From: Candidatus Latescibacterota bacterium
Lineage (GTDB): Bacteria; Latescibacterota; UBA2968; GCA-2709665
Direction: 5' to 3'
DNA: 64,000 nucleotides
NCBI GenBank assembly: GCA_965205485.1
Contig: OZ242180.1
Location: 3,136,001 to 3,200,000, forward strand
In this document: in pieces, positions 54,605 through 64,000 of the stretch
How positions within the stretch are numbered: position 1 is the stretch's first letter
Layout: the number at the start of each line of letters is the position of its first letter
The notes under the pieces: model-generated
What the model saw: the letters and a program-made list of their open reading frames with translations, nothing else
What the model was told of the DNA's origin: nothing
Databases searched by the model: none
Translations under genes and position numbers: made by a program

Positions 54605-57139
54605 GTGGATAGCGATTTGAAGCGGCCTGAGGGACGAGAGCGGACCGGATGGCCCCTGGACGTGTCGGCCCTGCTGGCGTTGCTGGCGGGGCTGTTGATT
54701 TTATTCCAGTATGTGACGCTGGAAAAGTTCGGCGTTCTCCGACCGGGCCTGAGGTATCAAAGTCTTCAGGGGTTTCTCTCCGTTGTATCGCGGTTTGTGG
54801 ACTTCGGCGCCGCAGATGCATCGCTGCTGCTGCTTATTCTCTCGGTGGGAATACTCCTGATTGGTATGGAGTGGCGCGCGCAGCGGCTCTCGGTGTTTTT
54901 TGAGCATATATTCGCAAGCGAAAGGCGAACGGTCGTGCTCCTTGTTCTGGGGAGCCTGATTCTGGTTCGCTTTTATTTTGCCGAAGGGGAATTTGCGCAC
55001 GGCGCCGACACGTATCTGCACGTGACGTACGCCTGGCTTGCGGCAACGTCGATGACGCAGGGCGAGGTGCCAATCTGGACGCACTATTTCTGCAACGGCA
55101 CACCCTACCTTCAGTTTTACGGCTTCCTGTTCTACTACCTGGTCGGGCTGGTGAATCTGGTGCTTCAGGCGCCCTACTCGTCGATCAAATTCGCGCTTGG
55201 CGCCGCCCATGCGCTGTCCGGGCTCGGCGTATATCTCTTCGTGAGGCGGCTTACCGGATCGCGACCGGCAGGATTCGCGGCGGGACTCGCGTACGTGTTG
55301 AGTTTCTGGCATACGCAGCAGGTCCTCATTATGGGCAGGCTGCCGCTGTCGCTGTTCTATGCCCTTCTGCCGTTTCCATTCTTCTTCTGGGAGGGGCTTC
55401 GAAAGAACTCAAACCGGCTTGCCCAGGCGATCGGTGGCGGCATCACGCTGGGTTGTCTGCACTTTACGCATCCCGGTTACGGGTTCTGGGCGACGTTTTT
55501 TCTACTCTTGTACGCGGTCGTCAGGTACCGGATGACCAAAGGCGGAGACGGGCCTTTTTCAATCCGGCACGGTTTGCTGCTTATCTGCGGGGGCACGTTG
55601 CTGGGCGCCTATCTGACGGTCCCGATGTATATGGAACGAGGATTGACGGGGCTTCACGCCGGGTTCTACATGTCCGACTTTCCAGTGCCGACCTGGCGGC
55701 ATCTATTGCTATGGTCCAACTACCGCTTCCGTCTCTTTCAGGCGCAGGACCACTGGTACGGCGGATACCTCGGGGTGAGTCTGGTCGCGATTGCGTTGTG
55801 GGGACTGGTACGCATTGTCCGGAGCAAAAGGGCTGAAGTTCGGAACTCGGGATTTCCGATCGGCATCTGCCTGATCGGATCGCTGCTGCTGGTATTCGGT
55901 TACAGGTGGCCGGTCCTGAAGTCCCTCGGGGTGGTGCAGGCGATGAACGCCTCTCGTTACCTGCTTTTTACGGTCTTCTTTGTCGCCGTGCTGGTTGGAT
56001 TGTTTGCGGCCGCGCGAGCCGCCGGGCGGAAACGCCCCGTCGGGGTCTTCGTGGCGATTCTCGTGGCGGTCCTGGCAGACCTGGGGCCAACAACCTTCCA
56101 GCAACCCTACCGTTCTTCCGGCGTGGCGTCCGGGATCGGCCCGCACGCTTTGCAGGACCTGCGGCGGGACCCGAACGCCTGGCCGGTTGCGAAGCCGCTG
56201 CCCTTGCAGCATCATCCTGTGTACAAACGGTTCCGGGAGGAGCTGGCGACTCTTGAAGACGGGCAGCTTCCAGGCTATCGGCTGTTCCATACGACCAACA
56301 GGATCTATTACCACTTCATCATTCCATGGTTAACTCTCCGGACGGGTCTGGCGACGCCTCTGGATACGTTTACGCAGTACCCGCTGACGGTGCCTGCCTT
56401 TGTCCGGCGTTTCCAGGATCTGCTTCACCTGTCGCTGCACCGTCTCGAGGAGGGGGCCAGCCTGAACGAGATGCAGGCATTCGATGCAATCCGCGCGGGA
56501 CTCTTCCTGATGAATACCCGCCACCTGCTGTATTCAGATTCTGAACAGGACCGGATCTTTCACGAGGAGTTCCCCGAAGCCAGTCCTGTCGTGGTCTCGT
56601 CGAAAATCACCGGATGGTCCTATCCGGTTCGCGAACTGGACAAGGCGCGCGCCCGGTCCGGGTCGGACGTGGATGAACGGGAAGCGCGCAGAATGCAGAG
56701 CCTCGCATTGAGCAACTTCTTGAATTTGCTGCAAGCTATGGAAGTCGACGTAAGAAACCGTACGAGCAAGCAGATTCTTGTGACAGACGGGCACGCGAGA
56801 GAAGACCTGGGCACGTCGCCGCGGGTGGAAGTTCTGGCGCATCGGGTGTGGAACCAGCGGGTCGAACTGGTCGTTCGCGCGAGCGCGGCCTGTTTCGCGC
56901 GGCTGGCATATACAGCCTATCCCCATCAGCGGATCACCCTGAATGGCCGCGACGTGCGGCCGTACACGACGGCCGGTCGATTTGTGGCGCTGAAGCTTGG
57001 TCGTGGCGAGAGTCGGATTGTGCTGGAACCCACGCTTTCGCCGCTGCGGTTCTCGCTGCTGATCGTCGACGTCGTCCTGCTGCTGGCCGCGGCGGGGGTA
57101 TTGGTCGGGCGCAGGATCGTGCAACGAACATCGCGGTGA
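54605..57139 (+). CDS. PTPS-related/YfhO-like GT-C superfamily membrane protein
   Basis: Many TM segments; GADTYLH, PIWTHYFCNGTPYLQFY..LFYY, YLGVSL, SRYL, C-terminal TM; start uncertain. Confidence 0.72.
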   Translation: MDSDLKRPEGRERTGWPLDVSALLALLAGLLILFQYVTLEKFGVLRPGLRYQSLQGFLSVVSRFVDFGAADASLLLLILSVGILLIGMEWRAQRLSVFFEHIFASERRTVVLLVLGSLILVRFYFAEGEFAHGADTYLHVTYAWLAATSMTQGEVPIWTHYFCNGTPYLQFYGFLFYYLVGLVNLVLQAPYSSIKFALGAAHALSGLGVYLFVRRLTGSRPAGFAAGLAYVLSFWHTQQVLIMGRLPLSLFYALLPFPFFFWEGLRKNSNRLAQAIGGGITLGCLHFTHPGYGFWATFFLLLYAVVRYRMTKGGDGPFSIRHGLLLICGGTLLGAYLTVPMYMERGLTGLHAGFYMSDFPVPTWRHLLLWSNYRFRLFQAQDHWYGGYLGVSLVAIALWGLVRIVRSKRAEVRNSGFPIGICLIGSLLLVFGYRWPVLKSLGVVQAMNASRYLLFTVFFVAVLVGLFAAARAAGRKRPVGVFVAILVAVLADLGPTTFQQPYRSSGVASGIGPHALQDLRRDPNAWPVAKPLPLQHHPVYKRFREELATLEDGQLPGYRLFHTTNRIYYHFIIPWLTLRTGLATPLDTFTQYPLTVPAFVRRFQDLLHLSLHRLEEGASLNEMQAFDAIRAGLFLMNTRHLLYSDSEQDRIFHEEFPEASPVVVSSKITGWSYPVRELDKARARSGSDVDEREARRMQSLALSNFLNLLQAMEVDVRNRTSKQILVTDGHAREDLGTSPRVEVLAHRVWNQRVELVVRASAACFARLAYTAYPHQRITLNGRDVRPYTTAGRFVALKLGRGESRIVLEPTLSPLRFSLLIVDVVLLLAAAGVLVGRRIVQRTSR

Positions 57140-57208
57140 GCGCTCCACCCGGTCCACTCGGAAAGAGCTATCTGCCATCAGCATTCAGCCGTCAGCCAAA
57201 CCAGACCT

Positions 57209-57312
57209 GGGCGCCCACAAGGGACGCCCCTACGATTGTGACGCCGTCGTCGAACCCTGAGCGTTCAATTCGTGGATATTTGATCTTGTAGGGGCGTCCC
57301 TTGTGGGCGCCC
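57209..57312. repeat. Inverted pair of GTAG-family REPs (REPIN-like)
   Basis: GGGCGCCCACAAGGGACGCCCCTAC, 54-bp spacer, exact reverse complement GTAGGGGCGTCCCTTGTGGGCGCCC. Confidence 0.9.
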
Positions 57313-57339
57313 GCCGACCTGCTGCACAAAGAGCGGGCG

Positions 57340-59532
57340 ATGATGCGACGGAAAGAAGATCGAACCGATACCAGTATGCCGGTCATCGTGGTGGGCATTT
57401 TCCTCGGCCTGCACGTTCTGTTTGCCTACTGGCAACCCGTGCCAGTCTGGGGTGCGGATTTCCTGCGGTTCCACGACTCCGTATTCCGGGCGATATTCGT
57501 GCTGTTGAGCGTGGCGTTGCTATTATTGGCCGCTCGGCGGCGTCTGGGGAGATGGACGTCGGGCGTTGCACGGCTTTTTTACAGCGGAAGCACCCCCTGG
57601 AGATCGGTTCTCTCGTGGGTCCTGCTTCTGCTGGGCGGCCTCCTGGTTTTCTGGGGCATGCGTTCAGCTGTACATCTGCTCGGCGACGGGATTATGCTGA
57701 TGCGCGAATTGGAGGACTTCTGGTCTGAAATCCCGAGGACGGACCGCGCGCCGCTGACGTTCTGGATCGTCAGGGGGCTGCACCGTGCCGCCGGGGCGTT
57801 TGCCTGGACTTCCGCCGAGACCACGTATCGACTATTCAGTTGTCTTTCCGGTATCCTGTTTCTGGTTGTTGTCAGATATACCGCAAGGCTTCTTGGAAAG
57901 GACGCCCTCGAGCGATTTCTGATATTTGCCCTGCTGCTGGGGGCAGGATATATGCAGCTCTTTTTTGCATACGTTGAGAATTACGCGTTTCTGTTCCCGT
58001 TTATGTTGCTTTACCTGCTACTGGGCATTCGCGCGCTCGAAGGCAGGTTGGCGATCTGGTGGCCCGCGGCGTTGCTGGGCGTCCTGATGGCGCTCCACAT
58101 TACGATGATGACGCTTGCGCCTTCCCTGCTGGCGCTGGCGATACTTAAAGGCCGGGCGGAGGGTGTCTCAGGTACAACAGGCCCCGGAAGGTTGACCGTG
58201 AGAGCGGCGTTCGCCATCCTGTTGAGCGCGGTCGTCTTCTTCGGCGCGCTCCTGCTGATCCAATTCGATCTGATCGCGTATCTTCAAAAGAGACAGGGGT
58301 TTTATATCCTGAAACTGTTTGCGGAACCCGGACCCAAACAGCACTACCGGTTGTTTTCGATTGGAAAGCTTGTTGACTTTGTGAATCAATACTTCCTCGT
58401 TGCGCCGGCTTCTCTGATGGTTCTGCTCCTATGCCGAAGGACACGCTGGCTGCAGGGACCGAATCGGCAGTTCGTTATGGTGGCCGCGCTGTTTCCAATT
58501 CTGTTTACGGTTGTCGCAAACCCTGAACTTGGCGCTTTCAGAGATTGGGATGTGTTTGCCTTTGCAGCATTGCCCATGACGTTGTGGGCGGCGCTTACGG
58601 TCGTCCGCGAGCTACGGGACCGTCTCGTCTCGGCGGATACCGCCGCATTGATCTGCGCGGCCGCGGTCCTGCACACGGTATTCTGGATCGGCATGAATGC
58701 CGACGGAGTGTCGGCCGAATCGCGGTTTTCCAGCCACCTGAAGGGGGGATATCTGTCGGCGCACGCCCGGTCGCATGGATGGGAGACGTTTGCGGTATAC
58801 CACAGGGATCACGGCAGGAGCGTTCAGGCCATCCGGGCGTACGAAAGCGTCGTTGATGCCGATCCGGAATTCGCGGGCGGCTATTACAATCTCGGCAACC
58901 TGTATTACGACTTGAAGCAGTACGATCGGGCAGCGGCGTATTTCCAGAAGGTAATCGCGCTGCAGCCGGACTTCGCGGAAGCCTATTACAACTTCGGTAA
59001 TCTGTACTACGATACAGGGCAGTACAAACTGGCAATCAGGCACTTTGAGAAGGTGATTTCGCTGAAGCCCGAATTCGCTGAAGCCCACTTCCAGACGGGC
59101 AACGCCTGGTACGGCCTGAGGGAATATGACAGAGCGGCGGGCTATTTCGAAGAGGCAATCGCGTTAAGGCCGCGGTTCGTGGCGGCCTATTACAATGTGG
59201 GCGATCTGTACTATAGAACGGGACAGTTCGACGCGGCCGTAGGCGCATACCGGAAAGCGATTGCGCTGAAGCCCGGCAATGCCAGGGCGCATTCGAATCT
59301 CGGGAACGCGTACCACGGGCTGAGGGACTATCAACAGGCCATTTCCGCCTACGAGCAGGCCGTGGAACTGGACCCCGGGTACGCCGAGGGCTTTTACAAC
59401 CTCGGCGTTGTCTACCACACGTTGGGGGACGTGGAAAGAACCCGGAGGTGTTTCAGCAAGGTCCTGGAACTGGCGCCGGAACACCCGCAAGCGCCGGCAC
59501 TGAGGTCCTGGCTGGCCCTGAATCCGGGGTGA
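57340..59532 (+). CDS. Polytopic membrane protein (GT-C-like) with about 7 C-terminal TPRs
   Basis: About 12 TM segments with HLLGDG, FAYVENY, GAFRDWDVF; regular TPRs (AEAYYNFGNLY...AIAL.P). Confidence 0.7.
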   Translation: MMRRKEDRTDTSMPVIVVGIFLGLHVLFAYWQPVPVWGADFLRFHDSVFRAIFVLLSVALLLLAARRRLGRWTSGVARLFYSGSTPWRSVLSWVLLLLGGLLVFWGMRSAVHLLGDGIMLMRELEDFWSEIPRTDRAPLTFWIVRGLHRAAGAFAWTSAETTYRLFSCLSGILFLVVVRYTARLLGKDALERFLIFALLLGAGYMQLFFAYVENYAFLFPFMLLYLLLGIRALEGRLAIWWPAALLGVLMALHITMMTLAPSLLALAILKGRAEGVSGTTGPGRLTVRAAFAILLSAVVFFGALLLIQFDLIAYLQKRQGFYILKLFAEPGPKQHYRLFSIGKLVDFVNQYFLVAPASLMVLLLCRRTRWLQGPNRQFVMVAALFPILFTVVANPELGAFRDWDVFAFAALPMTLWAALTVVRELRDRLVSADTAALICAAAVLHTVFWIGMNADGVSAESRFSSHLKGGYLSAHARSHGWETFAVYHRDHGRSVQAIRAYESVVDADPEFAGGYYNLGNLYYDLKQYDRAAAYFQKVIALQPDFAEAYYNFGNLYYDTGQYKLAIRHFEKVISLKPEFAEAHFQTGNAWYGLREYDRAAGYFEEAIALRPRFVAAYYNVGDLYYRTGQFDAAVGAYRKAIALKPGNARAHSNLGNAYHGLRDYQQAISAYEQAVELDPGYAEGFYNLGVVYHTLGDVERTRRCFSKVLELAPEHPQAPALRSWLALNPG

Positions 59533-59565
59533 GGTCTCTCTCGCGGTGCTGTCGCCTTCCCCGCC

Positions 59566-59988
59566 TCAAGATCCGGGTTGCTCGACCGCGACCGGTCCTT
59601 TTTGTATATAGCTGAGGGCCGCCCGCGCCAGGAGTCCCGATCGGGATTCACCCTCGCGCGCCGCAGCCTCGTCGACGATTGCCAGAACGCGCGCCGGCAT
59701 TGTGATGTTTACTCGCCGGATCGCGCTGGATAGCCTGGAGATATCGACGTCTACGAGTGCCCAGGTCGCGTCCTTGTCCTCCCGAGCCCTGTGACTCTCG
59801 ATAGGTACCTGATCGGGGATCGGCAACCCGTCCATCAACAAGCCCTCTATATGGCAGGCGATAGCCTCATGAGCCGAAGCAATCGCTTCATCGAGGGTAT
59901 CACCGGCCGAAAAGCATCCCGGAAGGTCCGGTACGGTAACGCCATATCCGGTACCCGCGTCCTTGTGAATCGCAACTGGAAATCGCAT
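59566..59988 (-). CDS. hicB: HicB family antitoxin
   Basis: YGVTVPDLPGCFSAGDTLDEA...EAI..H; C-terminal RHH RVNITMP...SRSGLLARAA. Confidence 0.93.
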   Translation of the reverse strand: MRFPVAIHKDAGTGYGVTVPDLPGCFSAGDTLDEAIASAHEAIACHIEGLLMDGLPIPDQVPIESHRAREDKDATWALVDVDISRLSSAIRRVNITMPARVLAIVDEAAAREGESRSGLLARAALSYIQKGPVAVEQPGS

Positions 59989-60182
59989 TAGCGGTCCTCC
60001 CATTGCCATTTGGCCTGTCTGTAGATGTTGCGTAATGTACCGATTGGAATGTCCCTGCTCGGATGTTTGACGGTAACCCGGCCGGACTTCCGCGCATGCG
60101 TGAATTGATGATGGCTCCCCTTTGTATTTTTCAGAACCCAACCATCTTGGGTCAACTTCCGAATAATCTCAGTACTCGTCAT
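59988..60182 (-). CDS. hicA: HicA family mRNA interferase toxin
   Basis: MTSTEIIRKLTQDGW....KGSHHQF.H....GRVTVKHP..DIPIGTLRNIYRQA; TAATG overlap with hicB. Confidence 0.93.
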   Translation of the reverse strand: MTSTEIIRKLTQDGWVLKNTKGSHHQFTHARKSGRVTVKHPSRDIPIGTLRNIYRQAKWQWEDR

Positions 60183-60218
60183 AATGTGTAAGATACACAC
60201 TGATACAATGTGTGTCAA
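60183..60218 (-). promoter_or_regulatory. hicAB promoter with overlapping inverted-repeat operators
   Basis: TTGACA-N17-TATCTT, 7 nt before the ATG; palindromes TGTGTA-N3-TACACA and ACACAC-N9-GTGTGT. Confidence 0.75.
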
Positions 60219-60486
60219 CGATGTACATGGAATTGTAGCCGCGACGGCTGACGATCTTGCTGTCCGCAGGGGCCTGTGGAAAGGCTTCGTGCTGCGGAGA
60301 TTTTCGAGACGTAACAGGTAATTCGAAACGCTGCGGCTTGACTGATATCCGGCGGGTCTCAGTGCGCTGAGTAAGGTTTCTTCAACTCGAATTCTCTAAG
60401 CGCCTTGTGGTTTTGTGTTTGACAGAGTCGGTTTCGTTTTGTACGGTTTTATCAATGCAGGCGGCATACTCCGTTTCAGAAGGCCA

Positions 60487-61293
60487 ATGATGGGACCGGA
60501 TGCACGGAAAATCCGATTCGAAGAAGATGGCTATCTCGTGGCGAAGGCATTGCTTTCCGCGGAAGAGGTGGCCGCGTGCGAGCGGGAGATCGAGCGGTTG
60601 CATCGTCTGGCGGTCGAGCTCGATGCGCGCGGCGATCCCGCGGCAGATCGCTTTCAACTCGAGCCTTTTGCAGGAAATGCGAAGCGGAAGGGTCTGCCGT
60701 TATTGCGAAAAATCGAACAGACGGGAGAATTATCCGGGGTCTTCAGGGATCTGGCGGCGCATCCACGGCTCATTCGCCTCGTCGGGTCGCTTCTCGGGCC
60801 GGATTTGCTTTTGTTTCGCAGCACCCTGATGCTCAAACCGGCTTTCCACGGGTCGTCGCACGGGTTGCACCAGGATTCGGCGTACTGGCCGATGCAGCCC
60901 CCGGCACTGGTAACCGTAAGTATTGCATTGACCGATGCCAGCCCGGAAAACGGGTGCATCCAGGTCCTGCCTCGAAGCCACAGGTGGGGGCTGCAGTCCT
61001 GGGGACACATCGCCCGCAGGCAGGATGAGTCCCTCACGGATCGGAGTGACGTGGATCTTTCCGCCAGTATCGACGTCTCGCTGAAGGCGGGTGACGCCGT
61101 CTTATTTCACTCACTGACGGTTCACGGGTCCGGTCCGAATACGTCTCCCCACCCACGTCACACCGCGTTGTATGCCTATTTCCCGCCGACGGTCCGTTAT
61201 GTGCCGGGCGACAGAGGTCCTTCAGAGATGACGTTTCCCGTGGCCGCCGGTCTGGGCGGGAAGGACGCCGTGACGTTGATTGCGGACTCGTAA
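60487..61293 (+). CDS. Phytanoyl-CoA dioxygenase (PhyH) family protein
   Basis: FEEDGYLV, LHQDSAYW, ENGCIQVLPRSH, LKAGDAVLFHSLTVHGSGPN.S..PR. Confidence 0.92.
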   Translation: MMGPDARKIRFEEDGYLVAKALLSAEEVAACEREIERLHRLAVELDARGDPAADRFQLEPFAGNAKRKGLPLLRKIEQTGELSGVFRDLAAHPRLIRLVGSLLGPDLLLFRSTLMLKPAFHGSSHGLHQDSAYWPMQPPALVTVSIALTDASPENGCIQVLPRSHRWGLQSWGHIARRQDESLTDRSDVDLSASIDVSLKAGDAVLFHSLTVHGSGPNTSPHPRHTALYAYFPPTVRYVPGDRGPSEMTFPVAAGLGGKDAVTLIADS

Positions 61294-61374
61294 CTGCATC
61301 ACGGAGACTTGCGGTAACCGGATGCAATAGCGGAATCGTCGCATTCCTTCGCGTCCTTCAACGATGGAGCGATT

Positions 61375-62166
61375 ATGGAAAGAGAAATGCACATCAGGCC
61401 CAGGTATTACCGGTGGCACGTGGACCCCGGCGTATCGTGGGAGGAGAAGAACACGGATTACGCATACCTCGACTGGCGCGTACCGCTCTCACAGTCCGCG
61501 CTCGTGCTGGTGGACGTGTGGGAAGAGCATTACCTGAAGGAACCGGCACAGCGTGCGGACGCGATCGTGGAGGCGCGAATCGTGCCTCTGCTCGCGGCCT
61601 GCCGAAAAGCCGGACTGCGGCTGATCCATGCGCCCGCTCCGGGTCTGGCCGAACACCATCCGGCATGGGTGAAGCTGATAGACGATCCGTCGAAGCCGGC
61701 CGGTTCGGGGGAATCGTGGCCGCCCCGGGAGTTCAAAGCCAAGTCCGGAGCGTACGCAGCCTATGCCAGACCCGAAGAGCCGAGAGAGCCGGAAATCGTC
61801 GAGATGCGTTCCAGGCGCCGGATGCATCCGCTGGTTCACGTGGAAGACGGAGAGGTTGTCATCTACAACGGGGAAGAGCTGCATCGGTATTGCGAACGAG
61901 AGGGGATCCTGTTTCTGTTCTTTCTGGGTTTCAATACCAACGCGTGCATCCTCCTGCGGGACTACGGAACGATTGAAATGAGCAAGCGCGGCTACGAGGT
62001 CATCATCCTGCGGGATTGCGGTACGGGCATGGAGTCGTTCGAATCACAGGACGGGTTGTGGCAGACCCGCGGGGCGATCCTGTTCCTGGAGATGTTCGGC
62101 AAGTACTCGGTCACCTCGGCGGAGATGATCCAGGCACTCCAGTCTATGGCGCCGCAGAGTTCGTGA
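61375..62166 (+). CDS. Isochorismatase-like cysteine hydrolase
   Basis: SALVLVDVW, LIHAP, LGFNTNACI, IILRDC. Confidence 0.75.
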   Translation: MEREMHIRPRYYRWHVDPGVSWEEKNTDYAYLDWRVPLSQSALVLVDVWEEHYLKEPAQRADAIVEARIVPLLAACRKAGLRLIHAPAPGLAEHHPAWVKLIDDPSKPAGSGESWPPREFKAKSGAYAAYARPEEPREPEIVEMRSRRRMHPLVHVEDGEVVIYNGEELHRYCEREGILFLFFLGFNTNACILLRDYGTIEMSKRGYEVIILRDCGTGMESFESQDGLWQTRGAILFLEMFGKYSVTSAEMIQALQSMAPQSS

Positions 62167-62250
62167 AGCGCCAATAGATAGCTCGCGAAACGGGATGAAT
62201 CGGCGGTCGAATGGCGAGGAATTTTTGGGACAGGACACTCGGAGAGAAAA

Positions 62251-63095
62251 ATGGAGATTTCGGTCTTTGCGGATGAAATCGATCGGTACGATCCGGCGCG
62301 TGCGATATCCCTCGCGGCAAAGTGGGGAGTTTCCCACGTGGAGTTGCGTCAGCTTGCGGGTGGCCGGTTCCCGGCCGTAGATGACGATGAGTTGACCGAC
62401 TTCCACGCGCGCGTCCGGGACGCTGGATTGGGAATCTCGGGGGTATCGCCGGGGTTTTTCAAGGGACCGCTGGATGATCCCCGAATCGACGGACACCTTC
62501 GCGAATCGCTTCCCAGGGCGTGCGAATGGGCGCTGCGACTGGGCACCGATCGGATGTCCTGTTTCGCATTTGAGCGGACGGCGGCGGCGCGTCCTCCCGC
62601 GGCGGTTGTGGACCGGCTGGGACAGATGGCGGACGTCGCGGCGAGGGAGGGTTGTCGTCTGGCCTGGAAAACGAAGCGGTCTGCTGGGGGGCGACAGGCG
62701 CTGAGGCGGCCTGGCTGATTCGACAGGTGGGCGAAGACGGAATCTCGCTCTGCTGGGACCCCGGAAATTCCGCCAGGGCGGGTACTGCATCGCCGTACCC
62801 GGAGGAATATGAGGATCTGAGAGATCTGGTATCCCACGTACACGTGAAGAATTTCGATCCGGAGACGGGCGCCTGGTCGCTGGCGGAGGAGGGGATCGTG
62901 GACTGGCCGGGACAGCTGCACGCCCTTTCCGCCATAGGGTACAGCGGCTTTGTTGTGGTCGAAACGCATCTGGACATCAGCCCGGACGCGTTCGAAGTGG
63001 CCGACCATGGGTTCGAGGGGCTGGCAGCGAACAGTCTCAGGAATCTGGAGTATGTGAGGTCGTGCCTGGGTGCGTCGAGTGGGGAGAACAAATGA
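62251..63095 (+). CDS. Sugar phosphate isomerase/epimerase (xylose-isomerase-like TIM barrel), frameshifted at about 62663
   Basis: ISVFADEI, VELR, SPGFFK; one extra C restores RLALENEA, followed by WDPGN, HVHVKN, GY.GFVVVETH. Confidence 0.82.
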
Positions 63096-63111
63096 CACGA
63101 TGGAGGGTGGA

Positions 63112-64000
63112 ATGGCTGAAGCGATTCGTCTGGGTCTGATCGGTTGCGGCGGCAATATGCGCGGCGCGCACGTGCCGCGGATTCAGGCAGAGGAGGACGT
63201 GAAGCTGGTATGCGTGGCGGATCCGGTATTGGAACAGGCCCGTCTGTTGATGGATCGATACGGCGGAGAAGTCGACCATTACGAGGACTATCGCCGCATG
63301 GTTCAGAAGGAGGCGCTCGACGCGATCTTCATCAGTTCGCCGCATTCGATGCACTTCGAGCAGGCGCGGTGTGGGCTGGAAGCCGGATTGCACGTACTGG
63401 TGGAAAAGCCGCTGACGGTTTCTTCAAGGCATACAAGGGACTTGATCGACCTGGCGGCGGCGAAAGAGCGGTTTCTGCAGGTGAGCTATCAACGGAACTA
63501 CTTCGCGCCCCATGTGTATGCCCGTGAACTGGTTCGGAAGGGGCATATCGGCGAGTTGCGCGGGGTGGTGTCCTACGTGACTCAGAATTGGGGGGGCGTG
63601 AAGGGCTGGCGGCTGGATCCGGAGCTTTCGGGCGGCGGGATGTTTATGGATACGGGCAGCCACCTGGTCGCGTCCACCCTGTGGATTACCGGTCTGGCGC
63701 CGGTGGAAGTCTCGGCGCTTATGGACTACGGCGACAAGGAGGTGGACGTCAACGCGGTGTTGAACGTACGCTTCGAGGGCGGCGCGGTTGGCACGATCAG
63801 CACCTTCGGCAACGCCAGGGATCACGACGAGCGCATTGCCATCCATGGGTCGGAAGGATGTATCGTCTTCCATCTCTTCAAGTGGGACGTGAAGGCGGTC
63901 CTGGTGAACGACGAACCGATGACGATTCCCGATCGCATACGCGAGACCACCCCCGATGCGGCGTTTTTCGACTGGATCCGGAGCGGCGGAGAGGGGTACG
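63112..64000 (+). CDS. Gfo/Idh/MocA family oxidoreductase, runs off the window end
   Basis: Not in the ORF track; translated by hand: IRLGLIGCGG, SSPHSMH, LHVLVEKPL, WRLDPELSGGGMFMDTGSH. Confidence 0.92.
   Translation, partial: MAEAIRLGLIGCGGNMRGAHVPRIQAEEDVKLVCVADPVLEQARLLMDRYGGEVDHYEDYRRMVQKEALDAIFISSPHSMHFEQARCGLEAGLHVLVEKPLTVSSRHTRDLIDLAAAKERFLQVSYQRNYFAPHVYARELVRKGHIGELRGVVSYVTQNWGGVKGWRLDPELSGGGMFMDTGSHLVASTLWITGLAPVEVSALMDYGDKEVDVNAVLNVRFEGGAVGTISTFGNARDHDERIAIHGSEGCIVFHLFKWDVKAVLVNDEPMTIPDRIRETTPDAAFFDWIRSGGEGY

Noticed and set aside
46299..57312. 25-bp repeats as CRISPR repeats
   Set aside because: Dispersed and inverted, not a regularly spaced direct array; they fit REPs.

Overview
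GC-rich bacterial chromosome segment with no rRNA, tRNA, CRISPR array, integrase or transposase that I can recognise. The gene content (dockerin-like double EF-hand tail, DUF6785-type membrane protein, GWxTD-like proteins, TonB receptor/CTD/PorV module, many orphan catabolic enzymes) suggests an FCB-superphylum lineage such as Ca. Latescibacterota; this is inference. Three zones. (1) 1-23.4 kb: catabolic enzymes, mostly without signal peptides (two Cys4-containing heparinase II/III-like proteins, sulfatase, GH-like proteins, UxuA, enolase-family enzyme, RraA aldolase, dehydrogenases, GGT). (2) 23.5-59.5 kb: a cell-envelope region. Its core (35.6-59.5 kb) is two paralogous TPR/GWxTD-like proteins bracketing OMP, TonB receptor, CTD-bearing secreted protein, PorV-like barrel and a TMTC-like GT-C, followed by two more GT-C-like membrane proteins. 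This is the best candidate for an undescribed secretion-plus-glycosylation system. (3) 59.5-64 kb: a probably leaderless hicAB pair and more catabolic genes. Intergenic DNA holds several repeat families: GTAG REPs, a nested-palindrome MITE-like element, inverted octamer arrays and CTGAGCCTGTCGAAG repeats. Three genes carry small frameshifts, probably assembly indels. All family calls come from motif recognition by eye, not database searches.
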